A stretch of 64,000 nt of DNA from an uncultured Oscillospiraceae bacterium (GCA_910578755.1 CAJTSZ010000001.1:2340-66339); one strand, 5' to 3'. Positions 18,022 to 28,703 are shown, counted from the first letter of the stretch. Numbers and translations: made by a program. The notes: a model not told the origin generated them from the sequence alone.

Positions 18022-20058
18022 ATGTTTAACCCACAGGAAGCGGACGAAAAAGCATATTTGCAGGAAATTCTGCAAAAGCTGCAGGCCGCCCATACAGTAG
18101 CGGATGAAATCGTCACCAATTATCTGGGCAATATTATGGAAAGCAAAAAGTATATTTGGGAAAATGCCGCCCAGTTTGACAAGGCGGAAATGGCTGCCAA
18201 CCGTGTTTCCACCCAGGAGGAAATTGAGCAGGGGGAACGGGCCATTATAGAGCGCCAGCGCCTGGCAAAGCTCATCCTTTCCCCCTACTTTGGCCGCATT
18301 GATTTTGCCGAGGCCGGAGCCTCCGCCTCCCTGCCGGTGTACATTGGCATCCACGGCTTTTCCGACGGCGGCTATACCAATAACCTGATTTACGATTGGC
18401 GGGCCCCTATCTCCAGTATGTTTTATGACTTTGAATCCGGCCCGGCCTTCTACACCGCCCCCATGGGCGCCATTGAAGGGGAAGTTACCCTGAAGCGCCA
18501 GTACCAAATCAAAAACAGCGTTTTAGAGTATATGATAGAAAGCGACCTGAATATTGACGACGACATTCTCCAGCGGGAGCTGAGCCAAAGCTCCGACGAA
18601 AAGATGAAAAATATTGTCGCCACTATCCAGCGGGAGCAAAACGCCATTATCCGCAACGAAAGCGCCAAGGTCCTGGTTATCCAGGGGGCAGCCGGCTCCG
18701 GCAAAACCTCCATAGCCCTGCACCGGGTGGCGTTCCTTTTGTACCGCTACAAGCGCACCCTTTCTTCCAATAATATTATGATTATTTCCCCCAATAAGGT
18801 ATTTGGCAGCTACATTTCCAACGTCCTGCCGGAACTGGGGGAAGAAAACATTCTAGAGCAAAGCGGGGAGGACATTGCCCTAAGCCTTCTTGGCCGCAAG
18901 TATAAGCACCAAACCTTTGCCCAGCAGGTGGAACGGCTGCTGCAAACAAATGACCCGGAGGAGATCCGCCGCATCCAAACCAAGGCCACGGTGGAGTTTG
19001 TTTCCCAGTTGGAGGAATACCTTCAGTATGCTGAGGAGCACTTTTTTGTGCCCCATAACCTGGATGTAGGGCCTATCCACGCCACAGCACAGCAGCTGGC
19101 CAAAAGCTACGCCGCCTTAAAACGTATTCCGGTGAAAAAGCGGCTGGATAAGCTGGGGGCCGATTTAATTTCCCACTACCGCCGCACCAGCGACCAGCCC
19201 CTGGAGCCCTCCCAAGCCCGCTTAGTGCGGGAAAGTGTGCGCAAAATGTACCTTTTCCCTGACGCCATGGAGCTTTATAAAAATTTTTACACCCATATAG
19301 GCCAGCCGGAGCTGTTTGTTATGGGCCCTAAAAAGACATTGGAATTTTGCGATGTGTTCCCCTTTATTTATGTTAAAATGTACTACGAGGAGCTGGGCCG
19401 GGGCTACCGCAAAATACAGCACCTGCTGGTGGATGAAATGCAGGACTATACCCCCGTGCAGTACGCCGTGTTTGCCAAGCTGTTTGATTGCCGCATGACC
19501 ATCCTGGGGGACAGCAACCAAAGCGTAAACCCCTACAGTTCCACCTCGGCAGAGAGAATCAGTCCCTTTTTTCAGGGCTGCCTTTGTGTGGAGCTGTGCA
19601 AAAGCTACCGTTCCACCATTGAAATTTCCCGCTTTGCCCAAAAAATACAGGAGAATAAAAAGCTTATTCCCATTGAACGCCACGGCCGGGAGCCCCAGGT
19701 TTACCGCTGCTGGGACGAAAGTGAGGAGCTGGAGCAGGTGCAGCAGTTGATTCAGGAGTACCGGCAGGAGGGCTATGCCACCCTGGGTATTATCTGCAAA
19801 TCCCAGGAGCAGGCCCGCCAGTGGTATGACCGCCTGCACCAAGGCTGCCCCGGAATTTCCCTTTTGGATTTTGCCAGCAGCGAGTTTACCAACGGTATCA
19901 TTGTTACCTCTGTGCATATGTCCAAGGGCTTGGAGTTTGACCAGGTCATTCTGCCCCAGGTTACAAAGGAAAACTATGCTACCCCCCTGGACCGCAGCCT
20001 TTTATACATTGCCTGCACCCGTGCCATGCATAGGCTGGACCTAACTGGGGAAATGTAA
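18022..20058 (+). CDS. helD: HelD-like SF1 helicase-fold ATPase (RNA polymerase recycling factor family)
   Basis: SPYFGRIDF, DWRAPISSMFY, IVATIQREQN, GAAGSGKT, VDEMQD, KGLEFD and YIACTRAMHRL. Confidence 0.82.
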   Translation: MFNPQEADEKAYLQEILQKLQAAHTVADEIVTNYLGNIMESKKYIWENAAQFDKAEMAANRVSTQEEIEQGERAIIERQRLAKLILSPYFGRIDFAEAGASASLPVYIGIHGFSDGGYTNNLIYDWRAPISSMFYDFESGPAFYTAPMGAIEGEVTLKRQYQIKNSVLEYMIESDLNIDDDILQRELSQSSDEKMKNIVATIQREQNAIIRNESAKVLVIQGAAGSGKTSIALHRVAFLLYRYKRTLSSNNIMIISPNKVFGSYISNVLPELGEENILEQSGEDIALSLLGRKYKHQTFAQQVERLLQTNDPEEIRRIQTKATVEFVSQLEEYLQYAEEHFFVPHNLDVGPIHATAQQLAKSYAALKRIPVKKRLDKLGADLISHYRRTSDQPLEPSQARLVRESVRKMYLFPDAMELYKNFYTHIGQPELFVMGPKKTLEFCDVFPFIYVKMYYEELGRGYRKIQHLLVDEMQDYTPVQYAVFAKLFDCRMTILGDSNQSVNPYSSTSAERISPFFQGCLCVELCKSYRSTIEISRFAQKIQENKKLIPIERHGREPQVYRCWDESEELEQVQQLIQEYRQEGYATLGIICKSQEQARQWYDRLHQGCPGISLLDFASSEFTNGIIVTSVHMSKGLEFDQVILPQVTKENYATPLDRSLLYIACTRAMHRLDLTGEM

Positions 20059-20171
20059 GGGCTTTTAGCCCCACTGTAAACAGGAAAGCGGAACACTCCT
20101 GAAAAAATGAGGCCATGTAATAGTATTTAAAAAACATTTTTAGGATTTCTGCTTTTCTTTTTGGTAAAACG

Positions 20172-20179
20172 GCCGATAA
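20172..20179 (+). promoter_or_regulatory. Sigma-28 (FliA/SigD) -10 box upstream of cheV
   Basis: GCCGATAA; canonical TAAA -35 not at the expected spacing. Confidence 0.45.
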
Positions 20180-20291
20180 TAAAAGTTAGGTATATTCGGT
20201 AATCCGAGCATCACAAAGTTACTTGCGTACGTTAACAAAAATATGTTATGGTTAACTTGGCAGGAGCGAAATGGAAGGCGGTTGAATACAT

Positions 20292-21200
20292 ATGGAAAGA
20301 CAATCAGAGATTTTGCTGGAGTCTGGAACCAACGAATTTGAAATTATGGAGTTTACCATTGCCGGCCAAACCTTTGGCATCAATGTGGCAAAGGTCCGGG
20401 AAATTATGATGGTGTGCCCTGTAAAGCCCATGCAGAAGGCCCAGAAAGATATTGAAGGGATTTTTAAATCCCGGGATGTAGTTATTACGGTAATTGACCT
20501 GGCCAGTTACCTTAGCTTGCCGGAGTCAACTAATCCAGAAAGGGACATTTTTATTGTCACCAATTTTAACAATACAAACTTTGCTTTCCATGTTCACACC
20601 GTTGTAGGGATAGACCGGGTGTCATGGGAGGAAATTAAAAAGCCGGATAAAATTATTTACGGCGGTAAAGAAGGCGTAGCCACCGGGATTGCCGATTTTG
20701 AAGACCACCTGATTACCATTTTAGACTTTGAAAAAATTGTTTCAGAAATTAGCCCGGAACTGGGAATTCAGCTGGACGACATCAAAAAACTTGGGCCCCG
20801 CACCCGCAGCGTAAAACCAGTGCTGCTGGCAGAGGACTCCATGCTGCTTTCCAAGATGATTGTTGAATCCTTAAGGCAGGCCGGTTACGAAAACTTAACT
20901 ATAACAAGCGACGGCCAGGAGGCGTGGAATTTCTTAACCGAGGCAAAGGAATCCGGGGACCCCATTACCAACCATGTATGCTGTGTTGTAACCGACATTG
21001 AAATGCCCCAAATGGATGGGCATCATTTGACCAAATTGATCAAAGAGGACCCTGTTCTTCGGGAGCTGCCGGTTATTCTCTTTTCCTCCCTTATCAATGA
21101 GGAAATGCGGCGCAAGGGGGAAATGGTTGGTGCCAGCGCACAAATTTCCAAACCGGAGATTGCCAATTTGGTAACATTAATTGATAAGCTGGCCCTTTAG
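20292..21200 (+). CDS. cheV: Chemotaxis protein CheV (CheW plus receiver)
   Basis: ESGTNEFEI, FGINVAKVREI; receiver motifs AEDS and TDIEMPQMDG. Confidence 0.95.
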   Translation: MERQSEILLESGTNEFEIMEFTIAGQTFGINVAKVREIMMVCPVKPMQKAQKDIEGIFKSRDVVITVIDLASYLSLPESTNPERDIFIVTNFNNTNFAFHVHTVVGIDRVSWEEIKKPDKIIYGGKEGVATGIADFEDHLITILDFEKIVSEISPELGIQLDDIKKLGPRTRSVKPVLLAEDSMLLSKMIVESLRQAGYENLTITSDGQEAWNFLTEAKESGDPITNHVCCVVTDIEMPQMDGHHLTKLIKEDPVLRELPVILFSSLINEEMRRKGEMVGASAQISKPEIANLVTLIDKLAL

Positions 21201-21235
21201 CAGATGTAACGGTTAGACGCATTAACTGGGAGAGT

Positions 21236-21284
21236 AAGACGACAGAATACCCTTAAATTATGGGTTTTTGTCGTCTTTTATTTT
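21236..21284 (+). terminator. Terminator after cheV
   Basis: AAGACGACA/TGTCGTCTT stem plus T tract. Confidence 0.7.
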
Positions 21285-21507
21285 GGGTGAAGAACGCCAA
21301 GCCAAAAGGGGGGCAGAATAGCTGGAACCCATTTGCCAAGCAGAAGGCAGGATGTATTTTGGCAGGTTAGCGGGAGGGACAGGCCGTTTTCCAGGACAGC
21401 CCAAATAGGGACAAGCCTCCGGCTCAAAATTATATGGGCTAATATTTCTATATTACATCATTTTGTACATAAAATCAGAAAACATGTGAAAAAATAATAA
21501 TTTACTA

Positions 21508-21536
21508 TTTACAATAACAAATATATTGTGTATAAT
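21508..21536 (+). promoter_or_regulatory. Sigma-A promoter of the flagellar operon
   Basis: TTTACA-17 nt-TATAAT with TG extension; GCCGAATA immediately downstream at 21540-21547. Confidence 0.65.
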
Positions 21537-21836
21537 TATGCCGAATAAATAGAGCAAAAGGCTACCATTGTTAACTTATGTTATGTGTCCTATCAACTTT
21601 GGACACTTTGAAAATAGAAGATTTTTATTGTTTCACAATAAAAAATTTAATGTGCAAGCGGCAAAACAATTTCCATAAGTTTTGCAGGTGTAGCCAAAAA
21701 ATTTACAGGAGGAGCTTACAAGTTTTCCTTTTCTGTAAGTGTTTTGCGCCCCATTTTTCCTGCTTTATGCACAAAAAATAGTGTTGCAAAGAAAAAGTAT
21801 TTTTTATCATTATTTTTCGTTTTGGAGGATTAAAAA

Positions 21837-22145
21837 ATGTTTATTGTGCCAATTAGCAGCCTGCCTTCCATACAGGAAATAGGGCAAAAGGATAATCAAA
21901 CTACCGCTGAGGGGAACTTGGGCAAGCCCTCTTTTTCCAATATTATGGAAGAAGCAATGGACGCTTTGCAAAAAAGCCAGGAGGCTGCCGCACAGGATGC
22001 CTACGATTTGGCTATGGGGGATGTTTCCAACCTGCACTCTTTAATGATCAACTCCGCAATGGAAGCAACTGCCGTTGAAACGGCAGTTCAGTTAACCTCC
22101 CGGGCGGTAAGCGCATATAAAGAGATAATGCAAATGCAAATTTAA
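21837..22145 (+). CDS. fliE: Flagellar hook-basal body protein FliE
   Basis: LHSLMI and RAVSAYKEIMQMQI C-terminus; precedes fliF. Confidence 0.92.
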   Translation: MFIVPISSLPSIQEIGQKDNQTTAEGNLGKPSFSNIMEEAMDALQKSQEAAAQDAYDLAMGDVSNLHSLMINSAMEATAVETAVQLTSRAVSAYKEIMQMQI

Positions 22146-22225
22146 AAGGTCAGCACATTGGCATATCTGCCGTTAGGAAAAAATAAGATTAAGATATATA
22201 ATTTACTGGAATTGGTTGTATACAA

Positions 22226-23818
22226 ATGAAATTTGATTTGAAAGAATTTATTGAAAAAGCCAAAGCGGCATGGGCAAAGCTGTCTGATAAGGCAAAAAAA
22301 ATTATTATCTTTGGCGGCAGCGCCCTGTTGGTGCTGATTATTTTAATCACAGTGCTCCTCAATGTATCCAAGGGGGATTACCGCGTGCTGTTCCCTGGTA
22401 TGAGCGACGAGGAAAGCGCCCAGGTGTACGCTACCCTGCAGGAGATGAATGTTCAGCCCCAAATAGATACAAAGGGCCAAATCCTTGTGCCCAAGGAGCA
22501 GTGGGACCAACTGGTATTCCAGCTTAACGGGAAGGGGTACCCCAAAACCACCCTTAGCTACGATACTTTCTCCAATGCGTCGGGCTTTACCTCCACAGAG
22601 TTTGAAAAGCGCACGGCCCTTATTTTTCAGTCTCAGGACCGGATGCAGCAAACGCTGCTGCGCCAGGACGGCATTGAAGAAGCAACAGTAACCTTTACAG
22701 TTCCGGAAACCAGCAACTACATATGGGACGAATCGAACCAGCAGCAAAGCACCGCCGGCGTTACTGTTTCCATGAGGCCCGGCTACGAGCTAACCCCGGA
22801 AAGGGTAACAGCAATTAAACATTTGGCTGCTACCTCTATTCCCAAACTGGCCCCGGAAAACGTTGTAGTAGTAGATGCTGCAACAGGCATTGAAGTTTTG
22901 GGTGTGGATGAAATGAAGGACGCCGGGTACTACAATACACAGCGTTTGGATTTTGAAAGGCAAATTGCAAAACAGATTGAAGACAATGTAAAGCGCCTTT
23001 TGTCAGGGAAATACGGCCCAGACGGCGTAACAGCGGTTGCTACAGTGTCTTTGGACTATGACAAAATGATGTCGGAAACCAAGCAGTACGAACCCCGTGA
23101 AAACGGGGACGGCGGCGGTGTTATGAACCATTATGAGGAACAGTACAGCCTCAATAGCGCCACGCCGGTGGAAGGCATTGTTGGGGAAGAAAACAATACC
23201 GATGCGCCCACTTACCCTAACCAGGACGGCACAGGGGATGGTTCTACAACAGACTATTACAAAAATGTTGATTATGATGTCAGCTATGTGCTGACCCAAA
23301 TTGAAAAGGGCGAGCCGATTTTGAAAAAGGCGTCGGTAGCTGTAATTGTTAACGACCCTGATTTTGATGAAGAAACGGAGGATACCCTTGTGGACCTCAT
23401 TTCTAAGGCGGCCAATATTACCAGCGACAATATCCGGGTAACTAATTTGAACTTTGAAACACAGCAAGTAATAGCGCCAGCCGATACTGCAACCTTAAGC
23501 CCGCGGCAAATTCTTTTGTTTGCTTTTGGTGGCTTGCTGTTCCTGCTGGTACTGGTTATTGTTATTATCCTTGTGGCCAAAAAGGAACGGAAACGCCGCG
23601 AGGAAGAGGAGGCAGAGCTGCAGGAGGAAGAAGACCGCCAGCAAGAGCTTGAACGGCAGAAGGAAATTGAAGAGCATAAACGTATGCTGCAAAATGAAGC
23701 CATGGCCTCCGCCAATACAAAAGAAAACGCTATCACCGAAGAGGTGCGGGAATTTGCCAAAGAAAACCCCGAAATTACTGCGGCTTTGCTTCGCTCGCTG
23801 TTGAAGGAGGAGAATTAG
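22226..23818 (+). CDS. fliF: Flagellar M-ring protein FliF
   Basis: Two TM segments, ring-building region, C-terminal FAKENPEITAALLRSLLKE. Confidence 0.93.
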   Translation: MKFDLKEFIEKAKAAWAKLSDKAKKIIIFGGSALLVLIILITVLLNVSKGDYRVLFPGMSDEESAQVYATLQEMNVQPQIDTKGQILVPKEQWDQLVFQLNGKGYPKTTLSYDTFSNASGFTSTEFEKRTALIFQSQDRMQQTLLRQDGIEEATVTFTVPETSNYIWDESNQQQSTAGVTVSMRPGYELTPERVTAIKHLAATSIPKLAPENVVVVDAATGIEVLGVDEMKDAGYYNTQRLDFERQIAKQIEDNVKRLLSGKYGPDGVTAVATVSLDYDKMMSETKQYEPRENGDGGGVMNHYEEQYSLNSATPVEGIVGEENNTDAPTYPNQDGTGDGSTTDYYKNVDYDVSYVLTQIEKGEPILKKASVAVIVNDPDFDEETEDTLVDLISKAANITSDNIRVTNLNFETQQVIAPADTATLSPRQILLFAFGGLLFLLVLVIVIILVAKKERKRREEEEAELQEEEDRQQELERQKEIEEHKRMLQNEAMASANTKENAITEEVREFAKENPEITAALLRSLLKEEN

Positions 23819-23819
23819 T

Positions 23820-24827
23820 ATGGCAAAATCAAAGCTTTCTCCTGTGCAGCGTGCTGCCGTAGTTATTGTAGCTTTGGGTGCCGATAGAGCCTCCAACGTT
23901 TACAAGTACCTGAAACAGGAAGAAGTGGAGCAGCTTTCCCTTGAAGTTGCAAAAATGGAACGCTTGACCCCCGAGGATATGCAGGAGACCATAGAGGATT
24001 TCTATGGTCTTTGCGTCACCCAAAAGGTAATTGATGAAGGTGGGGTACTGTACGCAAAGGATGTTTTGGAAAAAGCCTTTGGCCCAGAGCAGGCAGCCGC
24101 TTATTTGGACCGCTTAAACAAGTCCCTGCACACCAGGTCTTTTGAATTTATCCGGAAGGCGGACTACAAAAACCTGCAAATGATGCTGCAAAACGAACAT
24201 CCGCAAACCATTGCTTTAGTTTTATCCTACGCCCGTTCGGACCAAGCAGCCCAAATTATTGCCGAGCTGCCTAGAAATATACAGCTGGATGTTATCCAAA
24301 GGATTGCCGGGCTGGACAGGGTTTCCCCAGAAATGATCAGCTTGGTAGAAAAAACTTTGGAAAATAGATTTGCCAGCATTGTTTCCTCCGACCAAATCGA
24401 GGTGGGCGGTGTTCCATATATTGCTGAAATTATGAACCGGGTTGACCGTGCTACTGAAAAATACATTTTCGATGCTTTGGACGAAAGGGACGCGGCTTTG
24501 TCGGAAGAAATCCACAAGCTCATGTTCGTGTTCGAGGACATCGTCAACCTGGACAGCATGGCCATTCAACGGTTTATCCGCGAGGTGGATACCAAGGATT
24601 TGGCCGTTGCCCTCAAAGGCTCCAACGAAGAGGTCAAACAGGTTATTTTCCAAAATATGTCCTCCAGAATGCGGGAAACTATCGACCAGGATATCAAATT
24701 CCTGCATAATGTTCGTATGCATGACGTGGCCGAAACCCAGCAGAAGATTGTTGGTATTATTCGTCAGCTGGAAGAAGCCGGTGAAATTGTAATTGCCCGC
24801 GGGGAGGGAGATGAGATCCTTGCCTAA
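23820..24827 (+). CDS. fliG: Flagellar motor switch protein FliG
   Basis: EHPQTIALVLS, GG linker, MFVFED and NMSSR motifs. Confidence 0.96.
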   Translation: MAKSKLSPVQRAAVVIVALGADRASNVYKYLKQEEVEQLSLEVAKMERLTPEDMQETIEDFYGLCVTQKVIDEGGVLYAKDVLEKAFGPEQAAAYLDRLNKSLHTRSFEFIRKADYKNLQMMLQNEHPQTIALVLSYARSDQAAQIIAELPRNIQLDVIQRIAGLDRVSPEMISLVEKTLENRFASIVSSDQIEVGGVPYIAEIMNRVDRATEKYIFDALDERDAALSEEIHKLMFVFEDIVNLDSMAIQRFIREVDTKDLAVALKGSNEEVKQVIFQNMSSRMRETIDQDIKFLHNVRMHDVAETQQKIVGIIRQLEEAGEIVIARGEGDEILA

Positions 24828-25599
24828 GATTATTAAACCTGGCAGGCTGGTTCCCTCCGACGGGGTGGTAAAAATTCCAGACGCCCCTTCGCCGCCCGTA
24901 CCCCTGCCGGAGGAACCTCTGCCAGGGGAGCCCCAAACAGGGGAAAACCAGCTGCCTGGGCAGGAAGCAGAACAGCAGCAGGAAGAACCAGCTGCAAAGT
25001 TTCAGAATATGCTGGAAGAGAGCGCTGTGGAACGCGCCAACGATGTTGCCCAAAAAATCCTTCAAAGAACCCGTACCGAACGGGAAGAAATTTTAGGGAG
25101 GGCCCAAGCAGAGGCCCAGCGCATACGGGAAGAGGCCTACAGGGCCGCCTACCAGCAGGCTTTAGATGAAAAAAACCAGGAAATTAACAGCTGCCTTTCG
25201 GAAGTGAACCAATTGATGGTTGACCTGAAGGAGCAGCAGCAAAGCTTTTTAAAGCAGTACGAGGAAGGGATTCTTACCCTTGCCTTAAACATTACCAAAA
25301 AGGTATTGGGCACATCTATCCGCGCCCATGAGGAACTCATGCTTCCCCTTGTAAAGGACGCGGTTTCCTCGGTAAAAAATGCCGATTGGATCAACGTCCA
25401 AATTTCGGAACGCCTGCCAGGGCTTATTGCCCAGCTGCGCAAGGAGCTTGCCCAGCGGCAGGACCTTGACAAGGTGGAGCTGACCATTGGGGACATTCCA
25501 GAGGACAGTTGCATTGTAACAACACCCGACGGCATTATTGACGCTTCAGTTTCTGTGCAGTTAGAAAACCTACAGGCACAGTTTGAAAGGAAAGATTAA
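24820..25599 (+). CDS. fliH: Flagellar assembly protein FliH
   Basis: Between fliG and fliI; coiled coil plus C-terminal CIVTTPDGIIDASV; TTG start inferred. Confidence 0.85.
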   Translation: MPKIIKPGRLVPSDGVVKIPDAPSPPVPLPEEPLPGEPQTGENQLPGQEAEQQQEEPAAKFQNMLEESAVERANDVAQKILQRTRTEREEILGRAQAEAQRIREEAYRAAYQQALDEKNQEINSCLSEVNQLMVDLKEQQQSFLKQYEEGILTLALNITKKVLGTSIRAHEELMLPLVKDAVSSVKNADWINVQISERLPGLIAQLRKELAQRQDLDKVELTIGDIPEDSCIVTTPDGIIDASVSVQLENLQAQFERKD

Positions 25600-25619
25600 C
25601 ACGCAACGGAGGGAAAGCT

Positions 25620-26942
25620 GTGAACAAGAACCGCTATGTTTTAGACTTGTACCCGTACCAGCGGATGATACGTCTCAGCGACCTCTATACCTATAAGGGT
25701 AAAATCAGTAAGATTATGGGCCTGATGGTGGAAGCCACCGGGCTAATCTGCAACATAGGGGATATATGTAAAATATGGGTGGATGAACAACATACCGTGC
25801 TTGCAGAGGTTGTTGGAATTAAGGAAAACATCGTTCAGCTTATGCCCTACCAGGAAGTAGACGGCATTGGGTCCGACAGTATTGTAATCAATACCGGCAA
25901 TAAGCTGGAGGTTGGCGTCAGCGACGCCCTTGTGGGCCGGGCTATTGACGCTTTGGGCAACCCCATTGACGGCGGCCCCCCCATTAAGCGCAGCGCTTGG
26001 TATCCTATTAACGGGGGCCATTCCAACCCTATGGACCGCCCGCCTATTTCTGAGGTAATGGAACTGGGAGTGAAAGCCATTGACGGGCTTTTAACCATGG
26101 GAAAAGGCCAAAGGATGGGCATTTTCGCCGGCAGCGGCGTGGGCAAAAGTACCTTAATGGGTATGATTGCCCGAAATGTAAAAGCAGACGTCAATGTAAT
26201 TGCCCTGGTGGGCGAGCGTGGGCGCGAAGTGGTAGAGTTTATGGACCGTGACCTGGGCCAGGAAGGTATGGCGCGCTCCGTTTTGGTAGTAGCAACCTCC
26301 GACCAGCCAGCCATGATGCGCAATAAATGTGCCCTTACAGCCACCGCAATTGCAGAATATTTCCGGGACCAAGGGCGGGACGTGCTCCTGATGATGGATT
26401 CCCTGACGCGCTACTGTATGGCGCAAAGAGAGATTGGCCTTTCCACCGGTGAGCCGCCGGTAGCAAGGGGATATACCCCTTCTATCTATACAGCGCTGCC
26501 CAAGCTTTTGGAGCGTTCGGGAAATTTTGAACGAGGCTCTATCACCGGGATTTATACGGTTCTTGTAGAAGGTGATGACACCAACGAGCCGATCTCCGAT
26601 ACTGTTAGAGGTATTGTGGATGGGCACATTGTGCTGTCCAGGAAGGTGGCCATGCGTAACCATTACCCAGCTATTGATATTTTGCCCAGTATTAGCCGCC
26701 TTATGAGCAGTATTGCCACTCCCGAACACCAAAAGGCTGCCGGGAAGGTGCGGCAGATGATGTCCGTTTACCAGGATAACCGGGACTTGCTTTCCATAGG
26801 CGCTTACAAAAGCGGCAGCAACCCGGAATTGGACGAGGCCATCCGCCACATGGACGCCATAAACCAGCTTTTGCAGCAGCGGGTTGGCAATAAGGTGGAC
26901 TTTGACGAAACAGTAAAAAGATTAGTTGACATAGTAAAATAA
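25620..26942 (+). CDS. fliI: Flagellar export ATPase FliI
   Basis: AGSGVGKS, GERGRE, LLMMDSLTR and DGHIVLSR. Confidence 0.97.
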   Translation: MNKNRYVLDLYPYQRMIRLSDLYTYKGKISKIMGLMVEATGLICNIGDICKIWVDEQHTVLAEVVGIKENIVQLMPYQEVDGIGSDSIVINTGNKLEVGVSDALVGRAIDALGNPIDGGPPIKRSAWYPINGGHSNPMDRPPISEVMELGVKAIDGLLTMGKGQRMGIFAGSGVGKSTLMGMIARNVKADVNVIALVGERGREVVEFMDRDLGQEGMARSVLVVATSDQPAMMRNKCALTATAIAEYFRDQGRDVLLMMDSLTRYCMAQREIGLSTGEPPVARGYTPSIYTALPKLLERSGNFERGSITGIYTVLVEGDDTNEPISDTVRGIVDGHIVLSRKVAMRNHYPAIDILPSISRLMSSIATPEHQKAAGKVRQMMSVYQDNRDLLSIGAYKSGSNPELDEAIRHMDAINQLLQQRVGNKVDFDETVKRLVDIVK

Positions 26943-26974
26943 AAAGTGTAATAAAATGATAAGGAGGGTTTCCT

Positions 26975-27424
26975 GTGAAAAAGTTTCAGTTTTCATTAAG
27001 CCACATGCGCGAATATAAAAGCCGAATTTTAGACGAGGAGCAAGGTACCCTTCTTCGCTTAAAGGATGAGCAAACCCAAATAGAACAAGCTATCGAAAAA
27101 CTGCAAACGGAGTTTCAGAATATTTCTGCCCAAATGCAGGTTGCCCAAATAAAGGGTACCACCATAATAGAATTACAGGGCTTCAGCATGCAGCTGGATA
27201 CCATACGCCTGCAGCTGAAGGAATTGCAGGCCGCCTTGCTCAAAGCGGTTCAAAAGGTGGAAAAACAAACAAAAGTAGTCATAGCAGCCAACCAGGAGGT
27301 TTCTAAGCTGGATAAGCTCCAGGATAAGCAGTACGAAGCCTACCGCCATAAGGAGGAAAAGGCAGAGGAACTGCGTATTGAGGAGATTGTGGTTCAGGGC
27401 GTTCTCCGTAAAGACGCTGGCTAA
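26975..27424 (+). CDS. fliJ: Flagellar export protein FliJ
   Basis: MKKFQFSL start, coiled coil, follows fliI. Confidence 0.88.
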   Translation: MKKFQFSLSHMREYKSRILDEEQGTLLRLKDEQTQIEQAIEKLQTEFQNISAQMQVAQIKGTTIIELQGFSMQLDTIRLQLKELQAALLKAVQKVEKQTKVVIAANQEVSKLDKLQDKQYEAYRHKEEKAEELRIEEIVVQGVLRKDAG

Positions 27425-27554
27425 AAACAAACGCCATATAATAGTGGAATTTAAAAGATATTTTTAAACTCCGCTGTTGTAGGCTATCTTTTTCTAATCG
27501 GGTTAAAAAAGTACCCTTTAACAAGTATTGCCATATTGAAAGGAGGTGAAACAA

Positions 27555-28664
27555 ATGGAACAAATAATTTCCGTACAGTCTGCTTCTGCACAGCCAACCC
27601 TTCGCGGTTTGTTGGGTTTAAACGGCGGCCAGGCAGTACAGGGTGACGCCTTTGCCATGCTTTTTCAGCAGCTTATGGGCCAGGACGGTGATTTTGCCGC
27701 GCTTTTTACACAGGTAGCCCAGGACAACCAGGAAGAAGCCGATGAACTTGGCGCCCAAATGGCAGCGGAGATGCTGTGCATGATGCCTAACCCACAAATG
27801 CAAATGATGCTTTCCTTAGTACAGCCCCAGGCCATGGCCCAGGTTGTGGAAAACATTCAGGACGTTTTGGACGGCAAAACAGCCGGAACAAACCTTACAG
27901 CAGCACAACTGCTTTCCGCCCTTGGTACCCAGGGGGAGGAAGCTGCCCCCACAGCCAAAAACCTGACTTCCAACCAGTTCTATACCATTTTGCAGAACGC
28001 ATGGAAGGAAGAAGAACCCCAGCAGCCTTTTATGGGCCTTTCCTTCCAGGACAGCAGCCTGAGAGCAGCAAAAGAACTGCTTGCCCAAAAGCAAAAGGAT
28101 AATACCGTGCAGCCCCTGGATGTAGAAAGCCTTCAGGCGGATGTAAACGCAAAGCGTTTTATGCCTTTGGACGCTATGGCGCAAAAACAGGCGGCTTCCC
28201 TGCCGGATGTAAACGAAATAGCAAACCAGCTGAAAACCGGTATTCTGGACAATGTAGCCCAGGGTAAAAACGAGTTTGTTGTACGGCTCAAGCCGGAAGG
28301 CATTGGGGAAATCGTGGTAAAGCTTTCGGAGAATAAGGAAAAAATCTCTTTAAGCATTATTACTTCCAGCGCCCAAACAGCTAAAATGATCACCAATGAA
28401 GTTACAGCTTTGCAAAACGCCCTTCGGCCCCTGCATGCTGAGGTAGAGCAAATCGTAGTTGCCCAACCAACCGAGCAAGCCAGCAATTATGCCGCGCAAA
28501 CTGCCATGACCAACCAGGAACACCAGTTCCAGGGCCAGCAGTTCTATAACGGCCAGGGCGATAGCCACCACGGCGGTTCTTCCCGCCCCCAGGAAGGCGG
28601 AGAATTTGGCAGCACCGTTGAACAAATCCTTGCAGAGGATGACGGGCTGGATACCTACATCTAA
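27555..28664 (+). CDS. fliK: Flagellar hook-length control protein FliK
   Basis: Low-complexity N-terminus; C-terminal VRLKPEGIGEIVVKL motif; precedes flgD. Confidence 0.87.
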   Translation: MEQIISVQSASAQPTLRGLLGLNGGQAVQGDAFAMLFQQLMGQDGDFAALFTQVAQDNQEEADELGAQMAAEMLCMMPNPQMQMMLSLVQPQAMAQVVENIQDVLDGKTAGTNLTAAQLLSALGTQGEEAAPTAKNLTSNQFYTILQNAWKEEEPQQPFMGLSFQDSSLRAAKELLAQKQKDNTVQPLDVESLQADVNAKRFMPLDAMAQKQAASLPDVNEIANQLKTGILDNVAQGKNEFVVRLKPEGIGEIVVKLSENKEKISLSIITSSAQTAKMITNEVTALQNALRPLHAEVEQIVVAQPTEQASNYAAQTAMTNQEHQFQGQQFYNGQGDSHHGGSSRPQEGGEFGSTVEQILAEDDGLDTYI

Positions 28665-28703
28665 CTACCCTGAAAGGGAAAACAGAAGGAAGGAGGAACA
28701 AGC

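Noticed and set aside
11670..20071. GGGGCT-NNN-AGCCCC mini-hairpins after stop codons (11670, 17813, 20059) as a mobile repeat family
   Set aside because: Too short to separate from ordinary terminator or stabiliser hairpins
21240..21836. c-di-GMP riboswitch or hidden flgB/flgC upstream of fliE
   Set aside because: No GEMM or class II consensus and no rod-protein-like ORF; the 67-aa ORF at 21578 looks spurious
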